Below the pieces are notes generated by a model. It did not search any database. It worked only from the letters and a program-made list of their open reading frames with translations, and had not been told where the DNA came from. A stretch of DNA of 64,000 nt from an uncultured virus (IMG/VR IMGVR_UViG_3300044640_001869) (lineage: Duplodnaviria > Heunggongvirae > Uroviricota > Caudoviricetes): IMG/VR virus record IMGVR_UViG_3300044640_001869, positions 1-64,000 of that record; one strand, written 5' to 3'. Shown here one piece after another: positions 30,431 to 40,445 of the stretch. Every line of letters starts with the position of its first letter. Position 1 is the first letter of the stretch. The position numbers were made by a program, and so were the translations under genes.

Positions 30431-32482
30431 ATGATTGAATCTGTAGACAACGAAGGTAAAGGAAAAAAATCAGCTGATTCCTCAACACCTGTATTAGATA
30501 ATTTTAGTAAAGATTTAATTAAACTAGCGGAACAAGGTAAAATTGACCCTGTTATTGGACGTGAACGTGAGATTAACCGTATTGCTCAAATATTATCAAG
30601 ACGTAAGAAAAATAACCCAATTGTTATTGGTGAACCAGGTTGTGGTAAAACCGCAATCGTAGAAGGTTTGGCTATCAAAATTTATAATGGGGAATGTCCA
30701 AGAAATTTAATGGATAAAAGAATAGTATCATTAGATATGACATCAATTGTTGCCGGCACTAAATATAGAGGACAGTTTGAGGAGAGAATGAAGGTAATTA
30801 TCGAAGAATTACAAAACAACTCCAATATCATCGTATTCATTGATGAAATCCACACAATTGTTGGTGCTGGTAACTCATCAGGTTCTATGGATGCGTCTAA
30901 CATCTTTAAACCCGCATTAGCAAGAGGTGAGATTCAATGTGTCGGAGCAACAACATTAGATGAATACCGTAAAAACTTTGAGAAAGATGGAGCGTTAGAA
31001 AGACGTTTCCAAAAAGTGATAGTTGATTCTGCAACTAAAGATGAAACATTACAAATCCTTAAAAACGCAAAAGATAGATACGAAAATTTCCATAAAGTTA
31101 TATACTCAGAAGAAGTACTAAATCTATGTGTTGATTTAGCGGAACGATATATTACAGATAGAGAATTTCCTGATAAAGCATTTGACATTATTGATGAGGT
31201 AGGTGCTCGTAGTCAAGTGGATGTTAAAATCCCCGAAGAAATAGAAACTTTAAAAGCTGAGGCTCAACAAATTAAATTAGATAAACTTGAAGTTGTTAAA
31301 AAACAAGATTATGAAGAGGCTGCTAATTTACGTGATAAAGAAAAACGAGTACTTAATAAACTTGAACAAGAGAAAAAGAAATTTGAAGAATCATTAAACT
31401 CTCAACGTAAAGAAATTAATATCGAACTTGTTTACGATGTAGTGTCAAATATGACAAAAATTCCAATCTCCAAATTAAACGCTGATGAAACAAAATCATT
31501 GAGTGAAATGGAGGGGAACTTAAATGAAAAAGTTATTGGTCAAGAAGAAGCTGTTTCAAAAATTGCTAAATCAATTAGACGTAATCGTTTAGGTATTAAA
31601 GACCCTAACAAACCAATTGGTTCGTTTATATTCTTAGGTTCTACAGGTATTGGTAAAACACACTTGGCAAAACAATTGGCTAAACAAATATTTGGTACTG
31701 AAGATGCGTTAATTAGAATTGATATGTCTGAATATCAAGAGAAACATAATATCTCAAGATTAATCGGTTCACCTCCGGGGTATGTTGGTCACGAAGAAGG
31801 TGGTCAATTAACTGAACAAGTTAAAAACAAACCATATTCTGTTATATTATTTGATGAGGTTGAAAAAGCGAATAAAGACATTTTCTCAACATTACTTCAA
31901 GTGTTGGATGACGGACATCTTACAGATAGTTTAGGTAGAAAAATTAACTTCAAAAACTGTATCATTATTATGACATCTAATATTGGGGTTAGAAAACTAC
32001 AAGACTTTGGAACTGGTATTGGATTTGGAACAACGGCAAAATCCTATGTTGAAGAAGAACAAAAACGAGATATGTTGAAAAAAGAACTTCAAAAGTTTTT
32101 CGCACCTGAGTTCTTAAACCGTATTGATGAGGTGATTGTCTTCAAAACATTAGGTAGAGAAAACGTTAAGAAAATTGTTAATCTTGAAATTGATAGATTA
32201 AAAACAAGATTGTCAGGTCTTAAATATGATTTCACATTTGATGATTCAGTAATTGAATTAATTTCAGAAGTGGGTTATGATGAATTATATGGTGCTAGAC
32301 CATTAAAAAGAGCAATACAAGATAAAATTGAAGATTTTATATCTGAAGAAGTTCTTAAAGGTTCTTTATCTGAGAATACACCATATAAATTAATTGCGGT
32401 GGATAAAGAGGTGAAGATTGAAACAATTGATGTAATTGAAGAAAAACCTAAAAGAGGTAGAAAGAAAAAAGGGGTTGAATAA
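30431..32482 (+). CDS. clpC: ClpC/ClpA-like AAA+ ATPase lacking the N-terminal domain
   Basis: Two Walker A motifs ([16 protein letters not shown]), UVR-like coiled coil, IGF ClpP-docking loop, GARPL. Confidence 0.92.
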   Translation: MIESVDNEGKGKKSADSSTPVLDNFSKDLIKLAEQGKIDPVIGREREINRIAQILSRRKKNNPIVIGEPGCGKTAIVEGLAIKIYNGECPRNLMDKRIVSLDMTSIVAGTKYRGQFEERMKVIIEELQNNSNIIVFIDEIHTIVGAGNSSGSMDASNIFKPALARGEIQCVGATTLDEYRKNFEKDGALERRFQKVIVDSATKDETLQILKNAKDRYENFHKVIYSEEVLNLCVDLAERYITDREFPDKAFDIIDEVGARSQVDVKIPEEIETLKAEAQQIKLDKLEVVKKQDYEEAANLRDKEKRVLNKLEQEKKKFEESLNSQRKEINIELVYDVVSNMTKIPISKLNADETKSLSEMEGNLNEKVIGQEEAVSKIAKSIRRNRLGIKDPNKPIGSFIFLGSTGIGKTHLAKQLAKQIFGTEDALIRIDMSEYQEKHNISRLIGSPPGYVGHEEGGQLTEQVKNKPYSVILFDEVEKANKDIFSTLLQVLDDGHLTDSLGRKINFKNCIIIMTSNIGVRKLQDFGTGIGFGTTAKSYVEEEQKRDMLKKELQKFFAPEFLNRIDEVIVFKTLGRENVKKIVNLEIDRLKTRLSGLKYDFTFDDSVIELISEVGYDELYGARPLKRAIQDKIEDFISEEVLKGSLSENTPYKLIAVDKEVKIETIDVIEEKPKRGRKKKGVE

Positions 32483-32496
32483 CCCCTTTTTTTTTT
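32465..32496. terminator. Bidirectional terminator
   Basis: AAAAAAGGGGTT-GAAT-AACCCCTTTTTT. Confidence 0.8.
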
Positions 32497-32896
32497 AACT
32501 TAAAATATTGTTAGTGATATTTTCTATGTTGACTATATAACTTGAATAGGTATTGAAGTTATAGATTGCTCCGTCAATATTATCTATTAATTCTTTTTTT
32601 CTATCAGGTGGCATTGAAGACGATTGAACTTTAGTTCTTAATACGGATAATTCAGTCATAATACCAGCGTTAGGTTCATCTAATTTACGTAATCTTCTTA
32701 CTAAACCACGTAATGTACTAGCATGTTTTGAGAAATCATAACCATAACCTCTCCATACACCTTTTAATCCGTTGTATGCGTCCCTAACACTGCTAAATAA
32801 CCCTTCATCAACTTCTTCTTTTTCGTTAATTAATCGTTTTTCTAATAGTTTATTAGATTCTTGTATATGTTTAATTTTATTAATCTTTGGATTCAT
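32495..32896 (-). CDS. Hypothetical late protein
   Basis: 133-aa ORF, TATTTAT upstream. Confidence 0.65.
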   Translation of the reverse strand: MNPKINKIKHIQESNKLLEKRLINEKEEVDEGLFSSVRDAYNGLKGVWRGYGYDFSKHASTLRGLVRRLRKLDEPNAGIMTELSVLRTKVQSSSMPPDRKKELIDNIDGAIYNFNTYSSYIVNIENITNNILS

Positions 32897-32922
32897 AATA
32901 TTTTTTTTTAATAAATATATTA

Positions 32923-33708
32923 TTATTTTGTTTTGTACAAATCACAACCTAATGATTCGATAATCCTTCTACCCGCATTAATACCGTTAAACACATCTTC
33001 TATCACGACATACTCATTTTTAGTGTGATAATCATAATAACCAATTGCGAAATTGATACAAGAAAAATCAAACTGTTTCTTTAATGCGTATACGTCAGTA
33101 TAAGGGTGTGATTCATAATGATTTCTACCATTAAAACTCTCAGTTAATACTTTATCACAAGTTTTAAAGAATTTACTATTCTTTTTGAATAATTGAGTTC
33201 CCCAACAATATTCAGTAACCATTGAGTTACCAGGTGCATCAAATTGAATTACGTAACCGACGTTTTCAAAAAATTTAGGGTCAGCTTTTAATGAACCGTG
33301 ACAACCTGTTTCTTCCGACACAAAGAACGCAACTTTTAAGTTCGGTAATTCCTCTAATAATGTCAAACAAGCGAATACCCCACATTTATCATCACCACCA
33401 ATACCTGTTGGTTTACCATCGTTATTGTAGGCTTTTAATGATAGTTTGAGTTCATCTTGTTCGTTAGGTAACATTTCTTCACGAATATTGATTATATCCA
33501 AATTATGGACAGTATCAGTATGTGCGACTACACAGGGGAAATATTTCACTTCATCAGTTTGTTTTGTGATGTAGATATTTTGATGTTCATCAAGATAAAA
33601 GTCATATTGTTTTTCAGTTAAATAATTAACCAAAAACTCAATCATAAGTTTTTCCTGATATGTTTTTGTCGGAACTGACAATACTGATTTTAAAAAATTT
33701 GTTTCCAT
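32923..33708 (-). CDS. M20/M28-like zinc peptidase
   Basis: AHTD, GGDDKCG, SEETG, QFD, YH ligand motifs. Confidence 0.8.
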   Translation of the reverse strand: METNFLKSVLSVPTKTYQEKLMIEFLVNYLTEKQYDFYLDEHQNIYITKQTDEVKYFPCVVAHTDTVHNLDIINIREEMLPNEQDELKLSLKAYNNDGKPTGIGGDDKCGVFACLTLLEELPNLKVAFFVSEETGCHGSLKADPKFFENVGYVIQFDAPGNSMVTEYCWGTQLFKKNSKFFKTCDKVLTESFNGRNHYESHPYTDVYALKKQFDFSCINFAIGYYDYHTKNEYVVIEDVFNGINAGRRIIESLGCDLYKTK

Positions 33709-33731
33709 ACTGTAAATGTATGAAAACTTTT

Positions 33732-35087
33732 TTATAATCGTTTCAATAATTGAATTATTTTATTTTCGAATAATTCGTAGTTATTTAAGAATGTGTTAAA
33801 ATCATCCAATGTTGCTCGTCTTCTTTCGGGTCTATACCCAACATAGTCTTCCCCTTTACTAAAAGTGTAATCAATAGTTCCATTATTTAAATCATAACTA
33901 TTAATACGGAACGCACCTTTTGGTGTTTTAACATTCTTTCTTACTCCGTATTTTTTAATAATTTCTTTAATTTTTCCAGAATTTTCATCCATTTCAGATT
34001 CAGAATCCGAAACCATTTTATCTAATTCCGAACTAGCATTACGGTTAAATTGTTCGGTATCAACCTGTTGATATTCGTATCTATATTCTTGAAGATTTTG
34101 GTCAAAACTAACACCACGGTCTTCAAAATATTTTTGTAATACTTCAGGAAGTGATAATTCAGGGATACCAACCTCATCATATATTTGTTTCAATTTAGTT
34201 ACTGATACAAGATATTTACTCATACAACTAGACATAATAATACCGTATCTAAATAATGGATTACAATAATACTTATTAATATCTGCTTTAGCCTCCTTAT
34301 CGGACTCCTCATCCATAGCATAACCATATTCACGAATAATCCTATCGACCTCATCAGGATATAAATCCTCCAACATTCTAACAGCTTTACGAACCGCATC
34401 GTCATCAATTAATTGTGATAATTCTTCTTCACCATTATTTATTAATACCGTTTTAATCTTATTCAAATTTTCAACATTTAAACCTCCCATTATATAACCC
34501 TCATCCCATTCAGATTGTAAATCCGCAGATTCGGACCATTGATACCCGTAATAAGAATAAACACTATTTAAAAAATATCTTTCATCCTCATCTAAATTTA
34601 ATATCTGAAAGTATTCGTCATCGTCAAATTTTAACACAAAAATAGACCTACTAGGATTTTTTTCAGATATTTTAACATCACTAATGTTATCGTTATACAG
34701 TCTCAGATAACTTTTATTAATAGGTATGTTTTTAGATAGTTTTAAAACGGCATCATAAATATCAGTATTATCACTACCTATATTCTCATTGATATATCTA
34801 AGAGCACCTGTAAATCCAGCATCTTTCAAATTTGTCTTGAAATCAACCACACTTACCTTATTAAATTCTTCATCAAAGTAATCCATATTAGAGATTGATT
34901 GTTGGAAAATGTAATATTGATGTTGTCGATTCTTATGTATTAAATACAAATCACCATCATCTTTATAATCCTCAAAGTACTCAACTACATTATCAACAAA
35001 TTCAACATCTGTGTATTGTTTAATATCTTCTACGTTATCTACTAATATAACTTTTGATAGGTCATCTTGATATAGGATTTCACTCAT
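33732..35087 (-). CDS. Hypothetical acidic protein
   Basis: 451-aa ORF. Confidence 0.7.
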   Translation of the reverse strand: MSEILYQDDLSKVILVDNVEDIKQYTDVEFVDNVVEYFEDYKDDGDLYLIHKNRQHQYYIFQQSISNMDYFDEEFNKVSVVDFKTNLKDAGFTGALRYINENIGSDNTDIYDAVLKLSKNIPINKSYLRLYNDNISDVKISEKNPSRSIFVLKFDDDEYFQILNLDEDERYFLNSVYSYYGYQWSESADLQSEWDEGYIMGGLNVENLNKIKTVLINNGEEELSQLIDDDAVRKAVRMLEDLYPDEVDRIIREYGYAMDEESDKEAKADINKYYCNPLFRYGIIMSSCMSKYLVSVTKLKQIYDEVGIPELSLPEVLQKYFEDRGVSFDQNLQEYRYEYQQVDTEQFNRNASSELDKMVSDSESEMDENSGKIKEIIKKYGVRKNVKTPKGAFRINSYDLNNGTIDYTFSKGEDYVGYRPERRRATLDDFNTFLNNYELFENKIIQLLKRL

Positions 35088-35144
35088 TTCTAAAAACTTT
35101 TATTATAAATATTAGACCTTCTTGATATATATCAATATTTATTC

Positions 35145-35179
35145 TATATTTGTATAGAGAAACAAACAAAGTTCTTTGA
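35145..35179 (+). promoter_or_regulatory. Bacteroidetes-type -7 promoter plus boxA-like element for tmRNA
   Basis: TATATTTG 35145-35152; GTTCTTTGA 35171-35179. Confidence 0.7.
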
Positions 35180-35184
35180 TTTAT

Positions 35185-35573
35185 GGGGATAACTTGGAAT
35201 TGACCGACATGGTTAACTATTCGGGGCACGCAGTGAGACGATATCTATCACTTAAATCTATGGTATCGAAGTACAAACGGCAACGTTTTAAATACTCTTT
35301 CTAAAATCGGATTAATCCGTGAAGAAGAAGTTGTTGTAGCTTAAGAAGTTACGACGACGCGGGTCGATGGACATATAACCCAGGAACAGAAGTCTTTAAA
35401 AAGACGGAAAAACGATTGAGTCCGTAAATCGAATCGTCCATTGGTTGTTATTTTTACGATGGTGAAGAACAAAAATAACTATTTTCGGAACATTAGAAAA
35501 TGTTGACCTAAGCGTGTAGTCCTTAATACTTAAAATGTACGACACGAGGGTTCGAGTCCCTCTATCTCCACCA
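35185..35573 (+). ncRNA. ssrA: tmRNA
   Basis: 5' GGGGATA pairs with TATCTCC-ACCA including G3:U70; T-arm GAGGGTTCGAGTCCCTC; tag ORF 35279-35344 GNVLNTLSKIGLIREEEVVVA*. Confidence 0.93.
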
Positions 35574-35576
35574 AAT

Positions 35577-35611
35577 AAAAAACCCCACCTTTTTAGGAAT
35601 GGGGTTTTTTT
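35577..35611. terminator. Bidirectional terminator
   Basis: AAAAAACCCCA...TGGGGTTTTTT. Confidence 0.8.
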
Positions 35612-35618
35612 ATTTATA

Positions 35619-36305
35619 TTATTTTTGACAAGAAAAAGAACTACATTTTTGTATCTGACTTTTATCTAATGAAAAAGAAACAACACCTAAAGTATTACTA
35701 CCCGCTTTATAGAATTTTTTAGGGTCATTAAGAACTTCCACGCATTCATTTTTAGAATTTTTAATTGTGATGAATCTACCTATTTTACAAACGGTCCCAT
35801 AAAATGTAACAACTTCACTTGGGTCATTTACCGGCATAAATCCGGTTCTACGTTCTTGATTAATAACATCAATACTCATACCAACTTTTAATTGGGGTAT
35901 GTTTTTGGTATTATCTTGTTCATTCATCACGACCCTATTAAAATATTTCTCAACACTTTTAATAACGTCATACATATTAGCGTTAGATGGGCTCCACGAT
36001 TTAACAAGTTTGTTGTTAACAATTAATTCCACCACATTTTTTTTATTACTTAATTGGTGCATAGGACTATTATAACGAACAAGAATACCTTTATGACTAT
36101 CAACATCACCTTTAGTTAATTGTATAACACCCATTGATTTTGTCATACTAGTATCTTTTTTAAAACCTTTAGGTGTTAAGGCCTTTATAACTGTATCAAA
36201 ATGTGTTGATGGGTCTTGAGGGTCAAGTCCACCTTCTTGTTCTCTAATAACTCTTTTAACTATACGAACCAAATCCGATTCTGTTAATCTTATTACTTTT
36301 TTCAT
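35619..36305 (-). CDS. Putative head-packaged protein
   Basis: N-terminal MKKVIRLTESDLVRIVKRVIRE. Confidence 0.6.
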   Translation of the reverse strand: MKKVIRLTESDLVRIVKRVIREQEGGLDPQDPSTHFDTVIKALTPKGFKKDTSMTKSMGVIQLTKGDVDSHKGILVRYNSPMHQLSNKKNVVELIVNNKLVKSWSPSNANMYDVIKSVEKYFNRVVMNEQDNTKNIPQLKVGMSIDVINQERRTGFMPVNDPSEVVTFYGTVCKIGRFITIKNSKNECVEVLNDPKKFYKAGSNTLGVVSFSLDKSQIQKCSSFSCQK

Positions 36306-36369
36306 AAATTTAATTTTATTAATAAATATGTTATAGAAAAAAAAAAACCACCAATTATGGTGGTTTTAA

Positions 36370-36630
36370 TTACTTCTTATCAACGTAATTTCTTAATTGG
36401 TCGTATCGACTATCTATTTGTCGATTTAACCCTGAGACCTCATCTTGGATGTTTCTATAGATATTCTCAATATCACGTCTAAAATCATCATTAACATGTC
36501 TCCTAACTTCACGTTCTTCACGTAAATCTTGTAGAACATTCTTTAACCTAATTGCACCTATAACAACAACTGTAATTAATATTACAACCATCACCGTTAG
36601 AGCCCCTAAACCAAAATAAACTGTTTCCAT
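36370..36630 (-). CDS. Small membrane-anchored coiled-coil protein
   Basis: Hydrophobic N-terminal helix. Confidence 0.65.
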   Translation of the reverse strand: METVYFGLGALTVMVVILITVVVIGAIRLKNVLQDLREEREVRRHVNDDFRRDIENIYRNIQDEVSGLNRQIDSRYDQLRNYVDKK

Positions 36631-36693
36631 ATTTTTAAGATTAAAAGTTTATGAAACAAAAAAAGGGAAAGATAACTTTCCCTTATTGTATCG

Positions 36694-36766
36694 TAGCAAC
36701 GGACCGGAATCGAACCAGCTTGGGTCGGCTTATGAGACCGATGAGATACCTTACCTCCCCCCTGCT
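36694..36766 (-). tRNA. tRNA (CAT anticodon), irregular acceptor stem
   Basis: TCGGT-CTCATAA-GCCGA anticodon arm; GCTGG-TTCGATT-CCGGT T-arm. Confidence 0.7.
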
Positions 36767-36777
36767 ATATATAAAAA

Positions 36778-37660
36778 AACGCTGAGATTATACGTATTAT
36801 TGAGAACCTTTTGAAGGATTATTGTTTCCCTTCTTATCCACTTCCTTTTGAGAAGTATTCCTCAGTGACGGTTTTTTAGGTGAACCACTCCTTGAGATAA
36901 TAGTTACTCTCTCATTACTCAACTCTCTTCGAGAATGCCTTCCCAATTAATCCTTGCGAGATTAGAGGTTTTTGGTAAGAATTTAGGTCGACTTGCGGTC
37001 TTCCTAGGCAATGAACTGCTCATTACTATGTAGTCACCTTTCACTATTACCTGACGAACACTTTTGCTTAAATTTATAATTTAATTTTTACATTAACCTT
37101 GTAAATTAAAGTTTTTGTGTTGTGGATGAATCAAAGTAGTGGTCCGTCTTTTAGATTCGTCGTCTTTTGAACAACGAAATACCAAACTACTCTGTGAAGT
37201 ATCCCTACCTCAATATTTTAAGATTACTTCGAGAAAATTCTTTTGGTAAAGAATAATCAAGGAAAATGTCAGCACCACCTGTTTGTTTTCATACCTTTCG
37301 GTTTTAAGTCACCTCTTATATTGGAACTCGTAATAATAATATCGGATAACACTATTTCTCACATAATTCCTACGAGTTATTCCTATTGGTGTTCCCACCT
37401 CAATTTGATGACCCACATCACCAAATCATATAACCACTTTCTCTACATCGTTGACCTCGATACTAAAGGTTATACGGTATCCCGCTTGTGTACTCGACCT
37501 CAGTTTCCCAAGACGCAGACCCGTTACACTTGGGGGTCCACTTTATCCTACTTTCGTAGTTTATTTAATGACCATACACGGCCAAATATCTTTATCAGTT
37601 TGTTACTCAAAATCAACCACAAGGGTCTCATCATCAAACATTCTGAACGGATAATTCAAT
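36778..37660 (-). ncRNA. Large structured ncRNA candidate (GOLLD-like)
   Basis: ~880 nt with no credible ORF, many hairpins, promoter and boxA upstream, tRNA and terminator downstream. Confidence 0.65.
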
Positions 37661-37663
37661 TTT

Positions 37664-37708
37664 TCAAAGAACTCTTTCGGACTTTTCCGATTTTGTTTTA
37701 CAAATTTA
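37664..37708 (-). promoter_or_regulatory. -7 promoter and boxA-like element
   Basis: TAAATTTG 37701-37708; GTTCTTTGA 37664-37672. Confidence 0.7.
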
Positions 37709-37749
37709 AGACTTTCTTTTTGATTTGTCAAGTCTTTTTTAAAACTTTT

Positions 37750-37917
37750 TTAGTTGTTTTCAGATAACAATGTATCTACTTTGTGTGCGTAAACATCGTC
37801 AGTTCCGAAGTAATACGCTCTAGCCTCAGCTAATTTAGCGTTAGGTGTGAATAATACACCACCTTTGTTATTCTTATAAGAATAGATTAATTCAATTGGG
37901 TTTGTTTCGTTTTCCAT
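37750..37917 (-). CDS. Small protein (55 aa, MENETNPIELIYSY...), not in ORF track
   Basis: ATG downstream of TAGATTTG (37939-37946). Confidence 0.6.
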   Translation of the reverse strand: MENETNPIELIYSYKNNKGGVLFTPNAKLAEARAYYFGTDDVYAHKVDTLLSENN

Positions 37918-37976
37918 ATTTAAATTTTAATTACTCTACAAATCTAAATATTTAATCTTGAACAGTCAACAGGTGG

Positions 37977-38669
37977 TTACAATAATTTTTTGATTCTTTT
38001 AATATCTTCGTTAAGAGTTTCTTCATCTTCTTTATTCTTAGTGGTTTTAAAATCGAAAATACCTTTTGCTGATTTTTTAATTTCTTTACCAGCATTTTTG
38101 GCTATTTTTTTTGTTTGTTTACTAATAAAGTCAAATGGTGATAACGCTAAACTCAAAAATAGATTATTATCGGCTGGTACAACATTTCTTTCTTTATAAT
38201 CATCCTTATCATCATTTGATGATTTTTTTTCTTTTGACTGTTTTTTAGGTGTAGAATAGTTAGGTGTGTTATTTGATGTGGTGTTATTTGGTGTTGTATT
38301 TTTAACACTAAATCCTTTAAAAAATGGTCTTGGGTCAAGTTTATTATGATTTAAACTATATAATGTGTATTCAACATTATCAGTATCATTTAAAAAATAT
38401 CCAATAGTTTGACCTTTTCTAATCGTATCATTTTTACCAACAAATACTTTTGGAATACCACAAAATTCTGAATAATACATATCGTTATTAATTTTATGAC
38501 CAATTAACAAATATCCGGAACAATTAGTACTGTACGTACCAATAACAACACCATCATACGGACAAAATAATTTACCCATACTTTTTGATTGAATTACCGA
38601 TTTTTTAGTTTTAAGTGAATAATCACCATTAGGGTTTGAACTATTGGTTAAGTTATCGAACTTTATCAT
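37977..38669 (-). CDS. Degenerate M23-like protein
   Basis: PYDGVV...GQTIG fold motifs without Zn-binding His residues. Confidence 0.55.
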   Translation of the reverse strand: MIKFDNLTNSSNPNGDYSLKTKKSVIQSKSMGKLFCPYDGVVIGTYSTNCSGYLLIGHKINNDMYYSEFCGIPKVFVGKNDTIRKGQTIGYFLNDTDNVEYTLYSLNHNKLDPRPFFKGFSVKNTTPNNTTSNNTPNYSTPKKQSKEKKSSNDDKDDYKERNVVPADNNLFLSLALSPFDFISKQTKKIAKNAGKEIKKSAKGIFDFKTTKNKEDEETLNEDIKRIKKLL

Positions 38670-39319
38670 TTTAGTAATTGTTTAATACGTTTAATATCTT
38701 CCATAATGGTATTTTGATTTTCTGTTGTGTAATTTTCTTTAAACCCTACCATTTTTAATAATTGACCCATTAATCCGTAGTCTTCAGGTTCTTCAGGTTT
38801 TTCTATTTCACTGTTAGTTTTTTCATCATCAGGTTTTTCATCATCAGGTTTTTCACCGTCAGTTTTTTCATCATTAGTTTCTTTCCCTAAAATGGTTGAT
38901 GAAAGTTCGCTACCTGTCAAATATGGTTTTGGGTCTATTTGAGACCCATTTTCAGATTTACGTATTTCAAAATGTAAATGTGGACCTGTTGATAAACCTG
39001 TGCTACCAACTAAACCAATTAATTGACCTTTTTTAACCGTATCACCTTTATTAACTTCTCTTTTTGATAAGTGACCATAGGCACTATAAAAATCTTTATG
39101 TTTAATAACAATAAAATTACCATACCCACCACCTTGAGCAACAGGTGATGACCTAACAACCACACCATCATCAACTGATTTAACTTTAGTTCCTGTCGGT
39201 GCTGCAATATCTTGCCCCTTATGATTGTGAGCTTTTATACGACCACCGGCTAAAGAACCTCTCGGACCAAAACCTGAACCTAATGGGAATTTTTTTTCTA
39301 ATGGAAATTCTAATTTCAT
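38666..39319 (-). CDS. M23 family peptidase
   Basis: HKGQD, YGHL, STGPHLHFE. Confidence 0.92.
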   Translation of the reverse strand: MKLEFPLEKKFPLGSGFGPRGSLAGGRIKAHNHKGQDIAAPTGTKVKSVDDGVVVRSSPVAQGGGYGNFIVIKHKDFYSAYGHLSKREVNKGDTVKKGQLIGLVGSTGLSTGPHLHFEIRKSENGSQIDPKPYLTGSELSSTILGKETNDEKTDGEKPDDEKPDDEKTNSEIEKPEEPEDYGLMGQLLKMVGFKENYTTENQNTIMEDIKRIKQLLK

Positions 39320-39377
39320 ATGATTTTCTATATCATATAAATAGTTAGGTTATAAAAAAAAGTGGGTTTCCCCACTT

Positions 39378-40433
39378 TTATAACTTTTTGAATTCCGGTC
39401 TTATTAGTTTCCATATAGTTTCATCGTAATCTTTTTTATCCCACATCTGAAACATTACACCTCTAAGACCTTCTTTTATGTTTTTCATAACAAACTCTGC
39501 GTATTCTTTCTTAGATGGTTCAGGGTCAACGTCACCATATTTTCCGTATCTAAATCCGTCGTGCATTTTACCACAGTATTCGGATATTGAGTAGTGAGCG
39601 TATCTCAAGTCTTTAACGTAAGATTTTATTTTTTTGTAGAATTCGTCAGGAACTTCTTTCATCAATTCTAAAACATCATCACCATTTTTTAAACATTCCC
39701 ATATACCAGTAGTTGATACGTTAGTCATTATTTTGTGTAGACGTAAGTATTCAACACCTTTAACTTTCATTCTATTACCATTTGAGAAGTGAACTATAAA
39801 CCCCTCAGCATCGTCTCTAACCATCTCTTTTAACACTGAATAGTCTGATATACCATCATAACGTTTAACTACATTAAGACCTATGTTTTTCACTAAGTTT
39901 TGTATTCTTATATCTGAGTCACCGTGTAAACTAACTTCGTAATCGTCTTTAGTGTTTACCGCACCAAGTAAAACAACATCTTCAAAATCATAAGAACAAA
40001 CTATTCTGTTGTCAGAATATATTATTTCAAATAAGTAAGTGAAATCTTTATGTAATTTGTTGTAGTCGTATTTAGATAACATTTCCATACCTTTTACCGA
40101 TTGGTCAGAAGTAAATGACCCACGAGTTGCCATCACCCATTCACCTTCATAGTGGAAAAATATACCCAATGAACCATCCATTTTTTCATAGACTTTGAAT
40201 TCATCAGTTGAAGTATGTTTCCCTTCTTCCATATTGAAGAATTTTCTGAATGGTCTTGCAACTATATTACCGTTATCGTCAGTTACTAAACCACGGCACA
40301 TCAAGGTTACCTCATCCCATAAGTCTTCAAACTGAACTTTCTCAGTGTAATTCCATATAGTTAATGGTAAAGTTGAATGTACTTGTTTGTACAATAATCC
40401 ATCGTTGTAATATTTTTCTAACGTTGCTTTCAT
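39378..40433 (-). CDS. RNA ligase, T4 Rnl1-like
   Basis: CRGL, KFFN, EKMDGS, TRGSF, FEII, EGFIV, KVK. Confidence 0.88.
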   Translation of the reverse strand: MKATLEKYYNDGLLYKQVHSTLPLTIWNYTEKVQFEDLWDEVTLMCRGLVTDDNGNIVARPFRKFFNMEEGKHTSTDEFKVYEKMDGSLGIFFHYEGEWVMATRGSFTSDQSVKGMEMLSKYDYNKLHKDFTYLFEIIYSDNRIVCSYDFEDVVLLGAVNTKDDYEVSLHGDSDIRIQNLVKNIGLNVVKRYDGISDYSVLKEMVRDDAEGFIVHFSNGNRMKVKGVEYLRLHKIMTNVSTTGIWECLKNGDDVLELMKEVPDEFYKKIKSYVKDLRYAHYSISEYCGKMHDGFRYGKYGDVDPEPSKKEYAEFVMKNIKEGLRGVMFQMWDKKDYDETIWKLIRPEFKKL

Positions 40434-40445
40434 ACAACAAATATA

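Noticed and set aside
37243..37767. Plus-strand ORFs of 174 aa and 67 aa
   Set aside because: Antisense to the structured RNA, non-ATG starts, non-protein-like composition.
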